From the human T2T-CHM13v2.0 reference genome, Homo sapiens: a DNA stretch of 64,000 nucleotides. Position 1 is the first letter of the stretch; the number at the start of each line of letters is the position of its first letter. The position numbers and the translations under genes are program-made. The stretch lies in assembly GCF_009914755.1 (NCBI RefSeq), contig NC_060925.1; one strand, written 5' to 3'. Shown piece after piece: positions 48,226-64,000 of the stretch. The notes below the pieces were generated by a model. It was not told where the DNA came from. It ran no database searches and worked only from the letters and a program-made list of their open reading frames with translations.

Positions 48226-48756
48226 AGTCCCTCATCACTTCCCCTCACTGGTTCCAGTCTCACACCTTGGTACAAATATCAAAGTGCCCTGGGTAGGGCC
48301 TGGGCTGGGGGCTGGGGATTCAGAGATGAAACGCACTGGGTCCCTGCCTCTGGAGGTCATGGTCAGGGAGCAGGCACTGGAACAGTGGGGTGGGGGTGAA
48401 TGATACTGGGACCCCCAGAAGGAATGAGTGGGATCATCTGCCAATGAGCATCAGGAAGTGGAGGAGGGAAGGGGTGGCACCTGAACTAGACCTTGAAAGA
48501 TGGGAACTCCAGGTGAAGAATGAGACGTGAGGGTGTCTAAGCAAACTATGAGCAAAGACCGGAGGCGTGGAAGTGACTGCAGTTCAGGAGTGAGGTGTAG
48601 GGGAGCTGGAGCTCAGAGCAAGGGGCCAGAGGACACGGGGCCGCAGTCTGGTCTCTTCTGCATGCCCACGGCTCAGATCTCTGCAGACAGGTCCTCCAGG
48701 CTGCTGGCTGCAGCGCCACTGCCCACTCTGCGCCGGTCTTGCTGCAGGCCTCTGCA

Positions 48757-59644
<10,888 letters not shown>

Positions 59645-60059
59645 GGAGCCAGGATGGTATGGCAGAGGCCAGCACACCTGGCTGTTGCTGCTCAAGGCTG
59701 GGGACAGAGCCTAGTGTACCCCTGCCAGGAGCAGGGAGTGGACCGGCAGGCTGTGAACATGAACAACGCTTAACAGAGCAAGTGATGGGAGCCTTGTTCC
59801 TGGGTTCTACCATGGGAGACGCTGATCAGCAGGATGCCTGGCTCCCTTTCCCAACCCACTGCTCCCAAGGCCTCCAGGGCCCTGTGTACATAAACTGGTG
59901 GGTTGGAAGTTGCTGGGTAACTCTGATTTCAGACATGCGTGTGGGGTACCTTTTCTGTGCATGCTCAGCCTGGGCTCTGTGCGTGTGTGTGTTTCTGTGA
60001 TTTTAGAAGGGTACCAGGCACAGGTTCTGTCCTAGGGCACTTACCATTTAGTAGGGAGA

Positions 60060-60710
60060 TGGAACCAACCCAATTAACTCTAGCAATAGCCTCCTAACTG
60101 GCCTCCTCCATTGATTCAGTGAACCTTCCAATGCATGGCTCATAATTTCAAAATACAGGCTGGTTAGTTACTCCCTACCTGAAAGCCTTCATAGGTGCCT
60201 CTTTGCTCTTCTGCCAGTATCAAAACTTTTGAAGGCCTTAAAGGCCCTGCTTTGCCTGGCCCATCTGTCTCTCCAGCCTCACCTTGAACTGTGTTCCTGT
60301 CACTGCACGCCAGTCACACCGGCCTCTAGGTCCTCCTGTAGGCCACTCTTCTTTCTGGCACAGGGACCTGCACACCTGGAGTGCCCTTCCTCCCCCACTC
60401 GCCTGTTCACCCCTGCTTTTCCTTTACACCTCCTCCTCAGGGAAGTGCCCACCCTCCGTACATCTTTCACAGCCCTGATTGCAGCTGTGTTCACTCACCA
60501 GGTACCTGCAGAAGGCCTACAGGGTGCCAGGCACTTCTTTAATGTGTTCTTTCTTTATGTGATTATTTGATTAATCTCTGCCTCCCCCACTAGACTGTAA
60601 GCTCCCTGAAGGCAAGAATCCTGTGCTTATGCTCAATATTAGCTCTCCCTTGGCACAGAGTAGGCACTCAACAAATGCTCCCCAAAAGGCTGAGTGGCTG
60701 ACTGAATTAA
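60060..60710 (+). mobile_element. L2 within the PEAR1 3' UTR
   Basis: gcaatagcctcctaactggcctc...ccactagactgtaagctccctgaaggca...gagtaggcactcaacaaatg. Confidence 0.8.
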
Positions 60711-61624
60711 GTACCAGTGACATGCAGTAACTGCTAAGATAGATGAGCCATCTGTATGCTCTGACAGTTACAGACTGAATAAGTTGGAGACTTCCCTAAA
60801 GGGTGGCATTTCCCCAGGGTAACAACGCAGAGCTCAGGTGTGGGAAGGTGCCAGGGGCAGGGGTGCAGAGGGGCTGAGGCTGAGGGGGGTGCAGAGGCTG
60901 GAGAAAGGATAACAGGAGAGAGTATACAGGCATGCCTTGATTTATTGCACTTCACAGGTAGCAGAATTTTTAAAGAAATTGAAGGTTTTGGGACATATAT
61001 GTGACAGCAATAGGTTAAGAAAAGCAAAGCAGAGAAATTGAAGATTTGTGTCAACACTGCTTTAAGCAAATCTGTTGGCACCATTTTTCCAATAGCATGT
61101 GCCCATTTTGGGTCTCTACATTGCATTTTGGTAATTGCTTGCAATATTTCAAGCATTTTCATTGTTATTATATGTGTTATAGTGATCTGTGATCAGTGAT
61201 CTTTGATATATTATTGTAATTGTTTCGGGGCGCCATGAACCGCACCCATATAACACGGTAAACTTAATCAGCAAACGTTGTGTGTGTTCTGACTGCTCCA
61301 CCGACCAGCCGTTCCCCCAAGTCTTTCCCTCTCTTAGGGCCTCCCTATTCCCTGAGACACAACAATATTGAAATGAGGCCAATTAATAACCCTACAGGGG
61401 CCTCTAAGTGTTGAAGTGAAAGGAATAGTCACACATCTCTCACTTAAAATCAGAAGCTAGAAATGATTAAACTTAGTGGGGAAGGCATGTTGAAAGCCAA
61501 GACAGGCTGAAAGCTAGGCCTTTTGCACTAAATAGCCAAGTTGTGGATGCAAAGGAAAAGTTCTTGAAGGAAATTATAAGTGTTACTCCAGTGAAAACAT
61601 GAATAATAAGAAAGTGAAACAGCT

Positions 61625-61913
61625 GGCCGGGTGCGGTGGGTCACGCCTGTAATCCCAGCACTTTGGAAGGCCAAGGCAGGTGGATCATGAGGTCAGGAGT
61701 TTGAGACCAGCCTGGCCAACATGGTGAAACCCTGTCTCTACTAAAAATACAAAAAATTAGCCAGGTGTGGTGGCGCGCACATGTAATCTCACCTACTCAG
61801 GAGGCTGAGGCAGGAGAATCGTTTGAACCCGGGAGGCGGAGTTTGCCATGAGCGGAGATCATGCCATTGCACTCCAGCCTGGGTGATAGAGCAAGACTCC
61901 ATTAAAAAAAAAA
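61625..61913 (+). mobile_element. AluS inserted in Tigger1
   Basis: TSD aaagtgaaacagc on both sides. Confidence 0.92.
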
Positions 61914-62444
61914 AAAGTGAAACAGCCTTGTTGCTGATATGAAGAAACTTTTAGTGGTCTGGATAGATCAAATCAGCCACAATATTTCCTTAAAAGCCAA
62001 AGCCTAATCTGCAGCAAGACCCTAACTCTCTTCAGTTTTATGAAGGCTGAGAGAGGTGATGAAGCTACAGAAAATTTAGAAGCCAGCAGAGGTTGGTTCG
62101 TGAAGTTTAATGAAAGAAGTTTAAGAAGCCATCTCCATAACATAAAAGTGCAAGATGAAACAGCCAGTGCTGATGTAGAAGCTGCAGTAAGTTATCCAGA
62201 AGATATAGCTAAGACAACGATGAAGGTGGCTCCTCTAAACAACAGATTTTCAATGTAGACAAAACAGCCTATATTAGAGGAAGATGCCAATCTAGGACTT
62301 TCACAGCTAGAGAGAAGTCAATGTCTGGCTTCAGAGCTTCAAAGGACAGGTGTTAGGGGCTAATATAGTTGGTAACTTTAAGTTGAAGCTAATGCTCATT
62401 TACCATTCCAAAAATCCTCAGGCCCTTAAGAATTATGTTGATTA

Positions 62445-63363
<919 letters not shown>

Positions 63364-64000
63364 TCAGAAAAAAGTATTCCTTTAAAAATATTATTGCTCC
63401 TTGACAATGCACCTGGAGATGTACAAGGAGATTAATGTTGTTTGCATGGTTGCTAATACAGTATCCATTCTGCAGCCTGTGGATTGAGGAGTAATTTCGA
63501 CTTTCAAGTCTGATTATTTAAGAAATACATTTTGTAAAGCATGAGTTGCCATACATAGTGATTCCTCTGATGGATTTGGGCAAATTCAATTGAAAACCTG
63601 GATAAGATTCACCATTCTAAATGCCATTAAGAACATTTGTGATTCATGATGGGAGGAGGTCAAAATATTCATGCTAACAGGAGTTTGGAAGAAGTTGACT
63701 CCAACCCTCATGGATGACTTGGAGGGGCTCAAGACTTCAGTGGAGGAAGTAACTGCAGATGTGGTAGAAATAGCAAGAGAACTAGAATTAGAAGTGGAGC
63801 CTGAAGATGAAACTGAATTGCTGCAATTCATGATAAAAGTTGAATGGATGAGGAGTTGCTTATGGATGAGCAAAGAAAGCAGTTTCATGAGATGGAATCT
63901 ACTCTTGGTGAAGACGCTGTAAGCATTGTTGAAATGACAAGAAATGATTTAGAATATTCCATAAACTTGGTTGATAAAGCAGTGGCAGGATTTGAAGAAT

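Overview
Human genomic DNA (Alu/MIR/L1/L2/Tigger repeats), recognisable as the chr1q23 INSRR-NTRK1-PEAR1 locus. It holds coding exon 1 and the promoter of INSRR on the minus strand (missed by the ORF track), head-to-head across a CpG island with the complete NTRK1/TrkA gene (17 exons, 5769-26459; exon lengths sum to 2391 nt = 796 aa + stop). About 12 kb of intergenic DNA follows, then the complete PEAR1 gene (non-coding exon 1 ending 38667, 22 coding exons 48757-59644; 3114 nt = 1037 aa + stop) and a decayed Tigger1 transposon with nested Alus. Nearly all ORF-track entries are exon fragments or chance frames. I found no new gene or wholly new system. The best unexplained structures are regulatory: a 243-bp direct repeat in PEAR1 intron 1 with a 157-bp perfect core (gene-conversion pattern), a divergent CTCF-motif pair between NTRK1 and PEAR1, a tandem-duplicated branch-point module before the NTRK1 18-nt microexon, homeodomain/TALE motif clusters around NTRK1, and GATA/ETS/FOX:ETS motifs in PEAR1 intron 1. 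Repeat boundaries are approximate, and variant or rsID identifications come from recollection and need database confirmation.
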